Assembly (NCBI RefSeq): GCF_009914755.1 | Contig: NC_060938.1 | From: the human T2T-CHM13v2.0 reference genome, Homo sapiens | Reading direction: 5' to 3' (one strand) | DNA length: 64,000 nt | Part shown: in pieces, positions 30,040 to 49,688 of the stretch | Numbering within the stretch: position 1 is the stretch's first letter | Layout of the letters: each line of letters starts with the position of its first letter | The notes under the pieces: model-generated | Databases searched by the model: none | What the model was told of the DNA's origin: nothing | What the model saw: only the letters and a program-made list of their open reading frames with translations | Made by a program: the position numbers and the translations under genes

Positions 30040-30343
30040 TCTTTCTTTCTTTATTTATTTTTGAGACAGGGTTTCACTCTGTCATCCAGGCTGGAGTACA
30101 GTAGTGAGATCTCAGCTCACTGCAACCTCTACTTCCCCAGCTCAAGTGATCCTCTCACCTCATCCTCCCAAGTAGCTGGGACTATAGTCATGTGCCACCA
30201 CTCCAGGCTATTTTTTGTATTTTTCTGTGGAGACATGGTTTCGCCATGTTGCCCACACTGGTCAAACTCCTGCGCTCAAGCGATCCTCCCCGCTCAGCCT
30301 CTCAAAGTGCTGGGATTACAGATGTGAGCCACTGTGCCCAACC
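30040..30343 (-). mobile_element. Alu (AluJ-type)
   Basis: reverse Alu with gctcaagtgatcctc and gctcaagcgatcctcc. Confidence 0.9.
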
Positions 30344-30352
30344 TATATTATT

Positions 30353-32549
<2,197 letters not shown>

Positions 32550-32699
32550 TATTGTTACCTTTTAATTTTCTTACACTTTGTGCAGGCCTTATATCCTCAA
32601 ACTCATCCATCTTCTCAGTCAAGTTGTGTTTCCTATTAGCTACTTGCCTTTTTCCTAGAGATTTTTGTCCTTGAGCCTCTGCCTCAATAAATCTGCTCT

Positions 32700-33530
32700 G
32701 CAGCTATAATCCTGTAATCAGTGTTACCCAGATCTCATGTTTCCTTTTCCTTGGTCTACTCTTCTCTGTTTATTCCTGATTTTTTTTGGAGCATATCCCG
32801 AAGTACATTCATAAGAAAGTGTGCTTGGGAGGTACATTTTGTGTGTTCTTCCATATCTGAAAATGTATTTATTCTATTCTCTGATTTGATTAATAATTTG
32901 CCAGAGTATGGAATTATAGAGTTACAATTCCTCCACAGAATTGTGAAAATGCATTGCTTCAGAGTCATCTATCATCCAGTTCTATTGTTGAGAAGCCTGA
33001 CGCCATTTTGAATCTTTGAAATTGATGCTTCCCTTTTCCTAGAAAGCTTACAGGATCTTTTTATGCCTCTGTTCTCAATCTTCACAGTGACATGCTTAGG
33101 TACGAGTCATTGTATCCTGCACTGGGGATGGGGGTGGGGTTAATTTGGAAACTCAACTTTTCGGGTATGGGAAATTTACTTCAGTAAATTTCCAATTTCT
33201 GTTTCCCTCTCTCCTCTCTTCCTGGAACTCTATTAGTCAAATATTGAATCTCTTGGATTGCTCTACTGTATTATCTTTTCTTCTGTTTTTCCTCTTTTGG
33301 AAGTCATTTCTTTGACTTTATCTTTTGAACCTAATACTAATTCTTCCACTCCTGCTATTTTATATATTTATTTTCCAAGTGCTTGTTCTTTTTTGCTTTC
33401 CTTTTACAAGTTTTTGTTTGTTTGTTTTGAAAACAATAGTTCCCCAAATAACTCGGAATATACTAACTAGAGGTTATTAAGGCTTTATCCTCTGTTCTCT
33501 GCTTTGTGATGTTTCTTTCACTTTATGTTT
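32700..33530 (-). mobile_element. Old L1 antisense fragment
   Basis: atatctgaaaatgtatttattct...gtatggaattatagagttac...tgttgagaagcctgacgccatt typical of antisense old L1. Confidence 0.55.
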
Positions 33531-33757
33531 TTAAATTACAGTCTTCACAGAATTATGGAGACAGTCGAGTATGTGTGGAGAATGGACCTTGCAAACAAAT
33601 AAAACCAATTTTGTAGACTTTGACGAATAAATTTCTCTTTAAAATAAAGATAGCTCAATGTTGTTAAAATTATATACACACATACAATTCTAAGCACATG
33701 GTAGGCGCTGAATTTATGGTAGCTCCAGTCTTTTCTCTTTTATGAATCAATTTCTCA

Positions 33758-34340
<583 letters not shown>

Positions 34341-35412
34341 TTAATATTTCTGCAGATTTCTGGTGAGGCTTTTATCCTTATGATCCGCTCTGCTTTTTGG
34401 ATACTTTTTTTGCATGTGAGGTCCCATGTTGACCCCATTCCTGAAACCCAGCTCCTTTCTTAACTCTTATTTATACCTGTCCCCTTCTGCTACACACACC
34501 CCAACTCAGGTAAAGTCTTCAGGAGTAGATTTGGAAGTTAAAGAGTAAATGAGGGTTTATGTTTTTGTGTTGAGAAAACTTTTTATTTTACCCAGATTAC
34601 ATCTCTTTTCTTAAAATGTAATTGGCCACACCATCTTCAGTTCACTGGCCCTTCATCTTGTACAGTTCTCAACCTTACACTTTCTTGCTGGCTTGTGATT
34701 TTTTTATATCCACACACACAGTCCCTCTGTTTCGTCCCCTCTTCCTTAGAACAAAACAAATTATTTTCCTTGATTTCTGCTATATTTAAGGCACATATTT
34801 ATTATGTAACTTCCTGTGACATGTATGGCCTTAACATCTTACCTGCTAGGTGAGCAGCATATGATGTTATTTTCCCAAAAAGAGTTACTTTACTTCCTAA
34901 GAAAAGCTGTTGTCAGTTATTTAGGATAGTAATATTTTTACCTCATCATTCAGGTTTCTACAAATCTGAGGGAAAAAAGGAAAATATCTGAAATCAAGAA
35001 AAGAGAACTAACTTAAGTGTGTGGGGATATAGGGAGGGCAAGAGAGGTGATGACTGAGCTTGGACTAAGAAGAAGAAGCTATAAAGTGTGAAAAAGAAAA
35101 AATAAGTAAGAGAAATATGTAAGTATGGTCAATTTCTGGATTACTTTTATTTTATTATTTCTCAGAATGCCTCTAAAATTTGTTAGTGAGAATTCTGAAG
35201 TGATTAAGTGGTACCAATTTCTATGGTTTGGATTTTGGATCATGGACTGAAAAGAGTGTGCTGTGGAATTAGACATATATATTTCGTTCCAACTCTGCCA
35301 TTATTATGGTGTAACCTTTAGTAAGTTACTTCACTCCTCTGACAGTAGTTTATTATAAAATGGGAGTAATAATGTCTTTAAAAATTAGATGATATAGTGA
35401 AAGAAAACTATC

Positions 35413-35769
35413 TGTCTTAGTCTATTCTGGCTGCTATAACAAAATAGACTGTGTAATTTATAAACAACAGAAATTCATTGTTCACATTTCTGGAGGCTGG
35501 GAAGTTCAATATCAAGGTGCCGGCAGATTTGGTGTCTGTTGAACGCTCACTCTCTGCTTCAAAGATGGTGCCATCTATCTGTATCCTCACATGGGGAAGG
35601 GGCAAACAGTTTCCTTCAAGATTCTTTTATAAGGGCACTGATGCATTCATGAGGGAAAGCCCTCATGAACTACTTATCTCCTAAAGGCCCCACCTCTTAA
35701 TACTATTACATTGGGTATTAGGTTCCGACATATAAATTTTGGGGCAACACCAACATTCAGACCTCAGCA
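35413..35769 (-). mobile_element. MaLR solo LTR (MLT1A-like)
   Basis: tgtcttagtctattctggctgctataacaaaat...ctggaggctgggaagttcaatatcaaggtgccggcagatttggtgtctg...aacattcagacctcagca. Confidence 0.88.
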
Positions 35770-36555
35770 CTACTAAACAATGGCTATAAAGTATTCAATA
35801 GATGATAATTATTCCTAGAATGAGATTCTTTGACTCCTTTTTAGCCCTAAGATCTTTGAATTCTTGATGAGGAAGAGATATAAAATAAAAAGAAGTAGAA
35901 AGCCTGCTGACTGACTTCTCAGTTTTCATTCTCTGCTTATTGATCTAAACCAATCATGACAATCCCTCACAATAGTCAGTAATTGGTTTAGGGATAAGAA
36001 TTCATGAGCCAATTTGGGGCAATGAAATGTAGAAAACACTTAAAAAGAACTTTTGCACAAAAAGTTCCCTTCTAACTAAGGGATAGGGTGATCAAAAGAT
36101 TATTTTTATATAGCTAGACGCAAAGACTCATGCTGTCTTGGTTACAGCTAACAGCCATTTCATGACTATTAAGGTAATTCACTTATTACTTATATTAATC
36201 TTCCACTTTGGATGGATTTCTGAGGATTTTCTACATAAATAATTATGTCATCTGTAAAATAATTATTTTCTAAATTATATGTTTTTTTAATGCTATAATG
36301 TACTGGCTAGATCTATAATACAATGTTGAATAGAGGTGATGAAAGTGAATGTCTTTACCTTGATTTCAATCTTAAAAGAGCATTAGTTGTAGGTTTTTTG
36401 TAGATGTCCTTTATCAGATTGAGATGTCCTTTATCAGATGTCATTCCCAGCTTGATAATCGTTTGTAGAATAAACGGGTGTTCATTTTGACAAATGGGTT
36501 CTTTTTTCAATTTTCAAAAATTGTGGTCATATACACATAACATTTACCATCTTAA

Positions 36556-36908
<353 letters not shown>

Positions 36909-37129
36909 TAACTCTTGTCATCTTATAAAACTAAAACTCCATACCCATTAAATAATAACTCCCCATTTCCCCCTTTCCCCAGCCCCTGGCAATCACTATT
37001 CTACTTTCTTTAACAAAGGTCTTTTTCTGTATCGTTTGAAATGGTCATATGGTTTTTCACTTTTATTCTGTTAATAAAGTGGACTATATTGATTGGTTTT
37101 TATATGTTAAACCTACCTTGCATTCTTGA

Positions 37130-37443
<314 letters not shown>

Positions 37444-38420
37444 CCTTGGGTGAACTATATTTGGTTATGCTGTATTATTCCAATAATATATTGCTAGATT
37501 TTATTTGTCAATATTTTATTAAGGAGTTTTGCATCTGTGTTCATGAGGGCTACTTGCATATAATTTTCTTTTTTAAAAATGTGTTTGTCAGGTTTTGGTA
37601 TCGGGATATCCTCCTGGCTTTGTAAAATGAGTTGGGAAGTATTCCCATTTCTATTTTATGAAAGATTTTGTGTTGAGTTGGTTTTATTTATCTCTTAAAT
37701 GTTTGAAAAAATTCACCAGTAGTGCTATCCGGATCTAATTTTTCTTGTTGGTAAGTTTTAAATTATGAATTTATGTAGTAGATACACACCTATTCAGATT
37801 TTCTGTTTCTGCCTGTGTCTATTTTAGTAATTGATATCTTTTACAACATTTGCATATTTCTTCTTATTTCTTACATTTATTGAAGAAGTTGTGCAAATGC
37901 TGTTCCTTGAAAAGTAATACACCTTCCCCTCCATACTTTTTTCCCTCTGGCTGTTTTAAAGATTTATCTCTTTGGTTTTTATTAGTTTTCCTATGATGTT
38001 GTTAAATGTGGTTTCCTTTCTGTGTGGTTTTTAGCCTTTTTTTGAAACTATAGCTTAATATATTTCTACAGTTTAGAAATATTTCAGCCTTTTTTCAGCC
38101 AACTTTTCATAGACTGTTTCTCTCCTATTCACTCTTCTCTTTTCTCCAAGACCTCAAGTCCATGTATGTTGTTTATGCCCCATATGTCACCTACACTTTT
38201 TTTCTCAGTATTTTTCATGCTTTTTTTCTTTTTTAATTACTGGTTGTTTTATTCTAATCAATTTTCCAGATCTCTCTCTCTTTTTTAAAGTTGTGTCTAT
38301 CTGTTTTTAAACCCATGCATTGAGCTTTTTATTTCAGTTGTAGTTTTTAGTTCTGGCATTCCATCTGTTTCTTTGGCATTGTTTCTTATTGCCTGCCAAA
38401 GTTCTCAATCTTGTTACATT

Positions 38421-39018
38421 GGCTATTTTGTTACTGCATAACAAATTACCACAAACTTATTGGCTTAAAACAACATATATTTATTATCCCACAGTTCTGT
38501 GGGTCTGAATTTTGGGTGCAGCTCAACTGGGTTGTCTACCCAGTATCTAACAGCTGAGTTGCATTCTTATCTGGAGGCTGTGGGGAAGAATTTGCTTCCA
38601 CGCTCATGCAGGTTGTTGGTACAATCCAGCCTTTTTGGTTATAAGGCTGAGGTCCTTGTCTTTTAGTTGGCTGTTGGCCAGGGGTCACTCTCAGCAACCT
38701 GAGGCCATCAGCTGTTCCCTGCCATGTTGTCCCCTCCATCTTTAAAGCCAGCAATGGAGGATCTCCTCACATCAAATCCCTCCCATACTTCAAATTATTT
38801 ATTTTCAGCAGCCAGTCCACCTAATTAGGTCAGGCCCACCAAGGATAATATCCCTTTCTTAAATTCAACTGTTCCATAAACCATAATGTAATCACGAAGT
38901 AACTATCCCATCATATTCACAGGTCTTGCTGCACTCAAGGGGAGGAGATGATGTGGGCACATATAACAGGAGTGGGCATTTTGTAGGTCATCTTGTAGGA
39001 GCAGGACTAGACTACCGC
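38421..39018 (-). mobile_element. MaLR solo LTR (MLT1D/E-like)
   Basis: tgcataacaaattaccacaaacttattggcttaaaacaaca...ctcatgcaggttgttggtacaatccag...aggtcaggcccaccaaggataat. Confidence 0.82.
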
Positions 39019-39281
39019 ATTGGTCTTTCATGTATTTCAACATAGTCATTTAAAAATTCTTGTCTAATAATTGTTTTCTGGATTACGTGGACATCATTTG
39101 TTTTCAATGTCTCTTGTTCTTGGCTTTCGTCATGACTTATCTTCTTGTATCTTTGATTATTTTTCATTGTATATTGAGTGTGGCATATATAAAATTGTAA
39201 AGATATTTGAGGCCCTGAAAGATGTTATTCTCCTCCATGAAGTTTCTACCCCAGCCCCCACCCCACCACCATTACCACCCA

Positions 39282-39536
39282 CTGTTGTCCAGGCTGGAGT
39301 ACAGTGGCGCGATCTCAGCTCACTGCAACCTTCACCTCCCAGGTTCAAGTGATTCTCTTCCTGAGTAGCTGGGATTACAGGCACGTGCTACCACGCCCAG
39401 CTAATTTTTGTATTTTTTGTAGAGACGGGGTTTCACCATGTGGCCAGGCTGATCTCGAATTACTGACCTCAGGTGATCCACCTGCCTTGGCCTCCCAAAG
39501 TACTGGGATTACAGGTGTGTGCCACTGCTCCTGGCC
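39282..39536 (-). mobile_element. Alu (AluS-type), tail missing
   Basis: reverse Alu from ctgttgtccaggctgg to cctggcc; a C-rich tract sits in place of poly-T. Confidence 0.88.
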
Positions 39537-40636
39537 TCTCCGTGATATTTTTCTTTTGCTTTTTTCAGGAAGGAGAGCTTGGACCATTAGCAATCCTAAT
39601 TGAATTTATTCATCAGAATTCTACATGCGACAGGGCTGGGATTTATTCTCAGTGATGGTAGGTCTTTTTCTGGCTCCTTCTCACTCCTAAGATATAGCTC
39701 TCAGCATTCTAATTAAAAGCCTGGGACACTATCAGATGTCTCCTCATTCTTGTGTCTTAAACTTTAATTTTTGTTTCCTCAGCCCTATGATTCTTATTAA
39801 AGCTCTTGTCAGCTTCTCATTTGCCACTTTTGAAACTGACATTGACTTGAAGTGGGGGAAAGTGACCCCAAATACCAGGCTCAGCCTGTCCACTCCTGAA
39901 TGGTGGTTACACAATTCCTCACCACCTTGGTACTCTCTCATGCCTTAAGAAAGATTAAAAAATATTTGTGTTCAGCTCTTCATTATTTTAACAAGAAGTC
40001 GATATGAAACAACTTATTCCGCCATGCCAGAAGCTGCAGTAGTAGAATTTCAAACTAATGGTGACCTATTGGGCTATACTTTAAAAATCAATAATGTTGG
40101 AGTTTTACCTCACATCACGTACTAAAAAATATCTCATCTGAATTAAATATTCAAAACATAAAGAATTTTAAAAACATTATAAAAGTAGATGCACAAAAGG
40201 TTGGAAAATGTAATGTTAAGGGATATTGCAAACCATTGTTCATAATTTATTATATAAATTTTAAGACTTCTAGGTGACAAAAATATCACAAATTTGTAAA
40301 AGAAGCATCTGACTAAGATAAATATTTGCAGCATCTACTAGAATTAATTTTTGTTGTATAAGTGCTCCTAAAGTCAATAAATATATAAAGACATGCAAAA
40401 GACATGAATAGGAAAATCACAAAAGAAAATAAATTGCTAGTAAACATATGAGATGTTTAACCTCATTAATAACCAGACAAATATAATTTTATATCTACTA
40501 GAATGGAATATGATATATCTGATAATGTTAGAAGGATTTAGAGATTCTGGTAGACTATGTTTTGATGCAGGTTTTTGGAAAAAAATTGTCAATGTGCATA
40601 AGTTTTAAAATGCAGATTTGCTGATTCCAGAACAAT

Positions 40637-40926
<290 letters not shown>

Positions 40927-41482
40927 TGATTCCAGAACAATTTTAAACATATTGAAACTGAGGTATAATGCAGTTATAGAAAAGTACACAGAACATACAT
41001 GTACATTTTGGTGACTATCACTAATCAAATACTCACGTAACCCGTGAAGTTTGTTTCTAGGGCTCTATCCTTAGGAAATATTTCCAAAGGCAAACAAACA
41101 GGCTTATAAAAAGATGTTACCTTCAGCATATTTAAGTACAGTTTGAATGTTTTTAAATCCCAATTTTATTGAAATTTAATTTCAAAGATTTTTCTATTTG
41201 ATCCCAGCTCTGTTCTGAATAATTAAGGGAAAGACATAGTCTATTCTTGTTAGAATTTATTCATTTATTTATTTATTTTTAACTTATTTTAGGTTCAGGT
41301 TACATGCGCAGTTTGTTATATAGGTAAACTTATGTCATCGGGGGTTGTTGTATAGATTATTTTGTCATCCAGGTACTAAGCCTAGTACCCAATAGTAATT
41401 TTTTTTCTGCTCCTCTCCCTTCTCCTACCCTCCACCCTCAAGTAGGCTTCAGTGTCTGTTGTTCCCTTCCTTGTGTCCATGA

Positions 41483-41906
<424 letters not shown>

Positions 41907-42000
41907 TATCTCATTCTTTTTTATGACAGCTTAGTATTCCATGGGGTATATGTACCACATTTTCTTTATCCAATCTGTTATTGATGGGCATTTAGGTTGA

Positions 42001-42358
<358 letters not shown>

Positions 42359-43827
42359 TGCATGTGTTTTTATGGTAGAATGATTTATATTCATCTGGGT
42401 AAATACTCAGTAATGGGATTGCTGGGTTGAATGGCAGTTCTGTTTTTAACTCTTTGAGGAAACACCACGCTGCTTCTCACAATGGTTGAACTAATTTACA
42501 CTTCCATCAACAGTGCGTAAGTGTTCTCCTTTTCTCTGCAACCTCCTCAGCATCTGTTATTTTTTGACTTTTTAATAGCTATTTGAAAGTGTATAGTGTA
42601 TTAACTATAGCCATCCTACCATCATATAGAACACTAGAGCTTATTCCTCTTCTCTAGCTGTAATTTTCTTGAGATATAAAAGTCCAGGGGAAGCAGCAGG
42701 GACCTGTCACCTGAAACAGAGGCGATGGGTGATGCCGGAAGCAGCAGCTCCTGTGGGAACAGGCTCAAGATATCCTCTGACAGGACAGTTATGGACATGA
42801 CACCTGGACAAGGAGCAGCAGGAAGAACTCAAAGGACCTGTGAGGATGCATGAAGGTAGCACCCCCAGGAAATTCATAAGTTACCCAAGGACGTTAAAGG
42901 AAAAGTACATTCCGATCTGGGGATATGGACATTTGAAGTCTTTAAGTGTTTTTTAAATGAAGGTGTAGCCTTATTTTATACTTACAAGCTGTTGAAGCCT
43001 GGACATGTTACTTTCATAATTTGGGTTCTTACTGTGAGAAGAATGAGGTCAATGTGTGATGGACTGCACATATCAGAATGTTCCATATCTCTTACATAAT
43101 TTTTTTAACTGATCAACTCTGTCCTTTGATCATGCCCAAGCTGTGCCCCAGGGGTTCCCTTGAGTCCGTCAGTAAGGTCCAAAGCCATCATTGTATGCTT
43201 CTTGGCCCTGAGCCTAAAACAGAAGGCCCAGGGCAGGCTCCACGCCTAGGATCATGGGGATTTTTCTCTAAACTAAGCACTGAGCAGCGATTGAGGACAT
43301 GCTGATGTTATCAGGCTATTGCAGAACAGAAGATGCAAAACAGAAGGGCTGATGTGAGTTTTCTGGAGCACTCAAAACAGTTTTTTCGGAAAGCCTATTC
43401 AGAAGTTTTATTTTGGTTTTAGCAATTGGAATTCACATTGGTTAAAATTTAAAAACACAAGACACATAGTTCTTCCTTAGGCTTTTAAATAAATTTGCAA
43501 ATTTTATTGTTCAATTCACAAATTCTGTAGATATCTGACTGCATTTTGTGTATCTCACAAAGCTTTCTTGTGACCTGTGTTCATAAATCATGATGGATAC
43601 TGAGGACACCAAGCACTAGGAATCTCGGTTTGGGTCTTAGCTTGGGGCTTAGAGAGGCAGAGGGCTGATTAAAGGGCCTCACTTACGCTTGCAAGAGTTT
43701 CAGGACTAAGAAGAATAATCTGTGGCTAATGAAGCATAAATTATTTCTGCAGTCCTCCCGGCTCATAAATAAGTCATAAATAAGGGCATCCCAAACTGTA
43801 ATTCTCAACTTAAGAGTTGTTTCCTTA

Positions 43828-44250
<423 letters not shown>

Positions 44251-44527
44251 CTAATGTAGCCTCGGCTGTTATGCCTCTGTTTTTATAATTATCTCATTAT
44301 ATGTAGTGCTAGAAATTCACACCAGGCCTAAACTTGGATAACCAAATCTTTTCAGGCCTCACCAGTCTGGAGTTACTGATGGGACCACTTTAATAGTAAC
44401 AACCTATATCTCATGAGTTTATTACCATCTCTCTAATTCTTGTGTGTATTAATTAGAATTGGTTTGGCAGTGACAGAAACTTCAGGTAGCAGTGGCTTAA
44501 CAAAAAAAGTGTTTATTTCTCTCATTT

Positions 44528-44822
44528 CTTTTTATTTTATTTTTTAGAGACGGAGTCTCACTCTGTCACCCAGGCTGAAGTGCAGTAGTATGAGATCATA
44601 GCTCACTTCAGCCTCGAACTCCTGGGCATAAGGGATCCTCCTGCCTCAAACTCCTGGACAGCTGGGACTACAAGTGTGTGCCACCACACCTGGCTAATTT
44701 AAAAAATTTTTTGTAGAGATGAGGTCTCATGCCCAGGCTAGTCTCAAACTCCAGGCCTCAAGCAATTCTGCCTCAGCTGCCCCAAATGCTGGGATTACAT
44801 GAGTGAGCCACCATGGCCAGCC
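44528..44822 (-). mobile_element. Alu (AluJ-type) within an old MLT1-like LTR remnant (about 44450-45070)
   Basis: reverse AluJ; flanks agtggcttaacaaaaaaagtgtttatttctctca and gaagtccaggg...caagatggct. Confidence 0.85.
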
Positions 44823-46454
44823 TTTACACTTTGTTTTCTGAAGTCCAGGGATAGTCAATTTAGGTCTGTTATGGCGTTCCATGGTGTCAGACATTCAGGC
44901 TCTATCTTGCTGCTCTGCTAAACTCAGCATGTGGCTTCCCCATCAGGATCCAAGATGGCTAGTCTAGCTTCAGACAACATGTCCATTCCAAGGAAAAAGG
45001 AAAGAAAAAGCAAATATGGCATTCTCCTTCCCTTCAAGGACACTTCCCAGAGCTTTCACTCAACTCTTTCTCTTCACGGATATGTCCCAGGCTCTCTTTT
45101 TATTTTGGATCGCTACGTGCTCAGGTAAAATTGGAGGTTTCTGTTACGACCCACAGAAGAAGAAAAGAGTTGCAGACACTGAGAGACAGTGGGTAATGTC
45201 TACTCCATCCCTTACAGTTCTCCTTAAAATCTCACCTGTCTCATCTCTGCCATATCTAGGATTCTCCAGGGAAGCCCTCAAAATGCTCCCAGACAAGGAG
45301 GTCAGGTGTATCAGATGGTGTCTTTGATCTCTTTTTCTTCTGCTTCAGTCTTGATGGTGCCTTTTAGTAAAGCAGATACCTGTGGGAGCCTGATCGACTT
45401 CATGGCTCCATGAAAACAATAGCACCTGTGCCAAGATGTACTTTCATCCAACAGCGCTGAAACTGTTTAGATGAAGTCTTAGAATTGGGTGGGTTTTGGG
45501 GGTGGGAATTAAGTGGATAGACTATGGCTTTATCACTCAGTACTGCCTTTTATCCCCTGAGCACCAAAATAGTATTGTTTGTTTCTCTGTCTCTCAGCAT
45601 CTTTCATAAAAATAACTCCACCACATTCTACTTAAAGCTCCTCCCTCCATAGTATTCAACACTGGTCAAAAAGGCAAGGTGCATGTTGTTAGTGTGTATG
45701 TGGTGTGTGGGGTGAGGAGGTGGATGGATGTGAAACACCATTCTTGCTTCTCTGCCCCACTATTCATCTTTTCTATCATGCAGAATCCTTCCTCTTCATC
45801 AATTCTTCCCATGTAACTGGAACCCTTCCAAACACTGCCTCACCAGTTAACCATGTATACCTTAATCTTTTTGAACTCTGGTTTTAGGAACAACTTAACC
45901 TTGAGCCAAGTACCCACATTTTACTTTGTGTGCCCAATGCCGGCAAAGCAACTGGCATGCATAGATACAAAATACATAGTTGTTAAATAAATGAATGAAC
46001 ACGTGTTTAAGTAGTGACAGAGATGGTGTTGTTGAGTTTAACTATGTCTTACTGATTTTCTACCTGCTGTTCATTTATGATAGAGCAGTGCTGAAGTCTC
46101 CAACTATAATAGTGGATTCATCTATTTCTCCTTGCAGATCTATCATTTTTTACCTTACACATTTTGATGTTCTGTAATTACAATTATGACTTCTTGGAGA
46201 ATTCTGATGTCTTTAACATGTAACAACCCTCTTCATTCCTGATAACTTTCCTTGCTTTGAAGTCTGCTTATATCTAAAATGTATATAGCCATTCTCAAAT
46301 TCTTTTTTAAAAATTAATTATTTTAAATTGACAAAAATTATACATGTTTATCACATACAATATGTTTTGAAATATGTATGTATTGTGGAATGGCTAAATT
46401 GAGATAATTAACATGGTTTTTGTGATAAGAACATACAAAATCCACTTTTAGTGA

Positions 46455-46793
<339 letters not shown>

Positions 46794-46931
46794 AACACAT
46801 TGTTATAAACTATAGTCACCATGTTGTACAATAGATCTCTTGAACTAATTGCTCCTGTCTAACTAAAATTTTGTACCCTGTGACCAACATCTCCTCACCG
46901 TCCCAGCCTCTGGTGACCATTTTCTACTCTT

Positions 46932-49120
46932 TCCTTTTTTTTTAATAGCTTTAGGGGTACAAGTGGTTTTGGTTACAGAAACAAATTGTATAGTGATGAA
47001 CTCTAGAATTTTAGTGCACCCATCACCTAAGTAGTGTACGTTGTATCCAATAGGTAGTTTTGCATCCCTCATCCTCTCCATCCCTCACCCTCCCCGCTCT
47101 CCCCTCCTCTGAATCTGCAGTGTTCATTAAGCCACGCTGTATGCCTTTGTGTACCCACAGCGTAGTTCCCATTCATAAGTGAGAACGGGCGGTATCTGGT
47201 TTTTGATTCTTGAGTTACTTCACTTGAAATAATGGCCTCCAGTTCCTTCCATGTTGCTGCAGAAGACATTATTTTGTTATTTTTCATGACTGAGTAGTGT
47301 CCTATGGTATATGTATATACCACATTTTCTTTATCCACGCATCGGGTGATGGGCACTTAGGCCGATTCTATATCTTTGCAATTGTGAATTGTGCTGTGAT
47401 AAACATACATGCGCAGATGCCTTTTTGATATAGTGACTTCTTTTCCTTTGGGTCACCCAGTAGTGGGATTTCTGAATCAAATGGTAGATCTACTTTTAGT
47501 TCTTGAGAAACCTCCATACTATTTTCCATAGAGGTTGTACTAATTTACATTCCCACCAGCTGAGTATGAGCATTCCTTTTCACTATATCCATGCCAACAT
47601 CTATTGTTTTTTGACTTTTTGATAATGGCCAGTCTAGATGAGGTAAGGTAGTATCTCACTGTTGTGTTAACTTGCATTTCCCTAATGATTAGTGGCATCG
47701 AGCATTTTTTAATATGTTTGTTGTCCATTTGTATATCTTCTTTTCAGAAATGTCTATTCATGTCCTTTGCCCGCTTTTTATTAAGACTTTTTCTTGCTGA
47801 TTTGTTTGAGTTCCTTGTAGATTCTGGATATAAGTCCTTTATTAGATGTATTATTTGCAAATATTTTCTCCCATTCTGTAGGTTTTTTTGTTTACTCTGT
47901 CTGTTATACTCTGATGATTATTTCTTTTGCTATGCAGGAGATTTTTAGTTGTAATTAGGTCCCACTTATTTATTTTTATTTTGGTTGCATTTGCTTTTGG
48001 GGTCTTAGTCATGAATTCTTTGCCTAAGGCAATGTCTAGAAGAATTTTTCCTAGATTATCTCCTTGAATTTTTGTGATTTCAGGTATTAGATTTGTCTTC
48101 GATCCATCTTGAGTTGATTTTTGTATAAGGTGAGAGAAAAGGATCCAGTTTCATTCTTTTACATGTAGCAATCCAATTTTCCCAGCACCATTTATTGAAT
48201 AGGGTGTCCTTTCCCTAATTTATGTTTTGGTTTGCTTTGTCAAAGATCAGTTGTTTGTAAGTATTTGGCTTTATTTCTGTGTTCTCTAGTGTGTTTCATT
48301 AGTCTATGTATCTACTTTTATACCGGTACCATGTTGTTTTGTAGTGTAATTTGAAGTCAGGTCATGTGATTACTCCAGATTTGTTCTTTTTGCTTAGGAT
48401 TGCTTTAGCTATTCAGGGTCTTTTTTTGTTCCATGTGAATTTTAGGATTGTTTTTCTAATTCTGTGAAAAATGAGGTTGATATTTTGATAGGAATTGCAT
48501 TGAATCTATAGATTGCTTTGGGCAGTATGGTCATTTTACAATATTGATTCATCCAATCCATGAGCATGGGATGTATTTCCATTTGTTCGTGACATCTACA
48601 ATTTCTTTCAGCAGTGTTTTGTAGTTCTCCTTGTACATCCTTGGTTAAGTATATCCCTAGGCATTTTATTTTTTGTAGCTATTGTAAAACGGATTGAACT
48701 CTTGATTTGATTCTCATCTTGGTCATTGTTGGTATAACAGTGCAACTAATTTGTGTGTATTGATTTTGTTACCTGAGAAGTTACTGAATTCATTCATGAG
48801 ATCTAGGAGTCTTTTGGAAGAGTCTTTAGGGTTTTCTAGGTATAAGATCATATCAAGGTATAAGATCATATTATTGGAAATAGAGATAGTTCAACCTCCT
48901 CTTTCCCAAGTTGAATTTCCTTTATCTTTCTCTTGCCTGCTTGCTCTGGCTAAGACTTCCAGTACTATGCTGAATAGAAATGGTGAAAGTGAATATCCTT
49001 GTCTTGTTCCAGTTCTTAGGTGAAATGCTTTCAGCTTTTCCCTGTTCAGTATGATGTTGGCTATCATTTATGGCTTTTATTATTTTGAGGTGTGTTCCTT
49101 CTATGCCTAGTTTGTTGAAG
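46932..49120 (-). mobile_element. 5'-truncated L1 (L1PB-type), about 2.2 kb of 3'UTR and ORF2
   Basis: continuous antisense L1 text; ORF-track fragments IIREMQVNTTVRYYLTSSRLAIIKKSKNNRCW and [18 protein letters not shown] are L1 ORF2; short TSD tctactct; host L1MA resumes at 49121. Confidence 0.93.
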
Positions 49121-49545
49121 TCTACTCTGTACTTCCATAAGTTCAACTTTTTAGATTTCTAGGCTCCTGGGCTCAAGGATCCTCCTACCTCAGCCTCCTG
49201 AGTAGCAGGGACTTCAGGGACACACTATCATGTCCAGCTTGGATATTTATTTTATTCTGAGTTAAAACTCATAGCAGTGTAGACTTCATGAATGTTTATT
49301 CTATTCTGAGTTTACATTCGGCAGTGTTTTTAAAATGTATTTATTTACACTTAATCTCCAATGTGATGGTATTTTAAAATTTATTTTGGTGCTAACATTG
49401 TTCCAGCTTTGGTCATTAAGTGCTCCTTCAGGTCCCTATCCTTTTTAGAATATTTCTGTGTTTTCCAGAATTACAAGATACTACAGGCTCATCTCACATT
49501 TTTCCTTCCCTAGTCCTGAGATTAGTTTCTGTCAGGAAAAAATCG

Positions 49546-49688
49546 GGCCAGGCACAGTGGTTCATACCTGTAATCCCAGCATTTTGAGAGGGATTACAAG
49601 GAGAGCAGATCACTTGAGCCCAGGAGTTTGAGACTAGTTTGGGCAACATGGTGAGACCCTCACCTCTAAAGAAACAGAAAAAAAAAAA
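49546..49688 (+). mobile_element. Alu monomer (FLAM_C/AluJ left arm)
   Basis: ggccaggcacagtgg...gatcacttgagcccaggagtttgagac...A-rich end. Confidence 0.85.

Noticed and set aside
48838-48871. Short tandem duplications inside repeats (aggtataagatcatat twice; also gtttccagaggaga(t/c)tggcaggtgag twice at 54875-54929)
   Set aside because: Ordinary slippage duplications within decayed elements.
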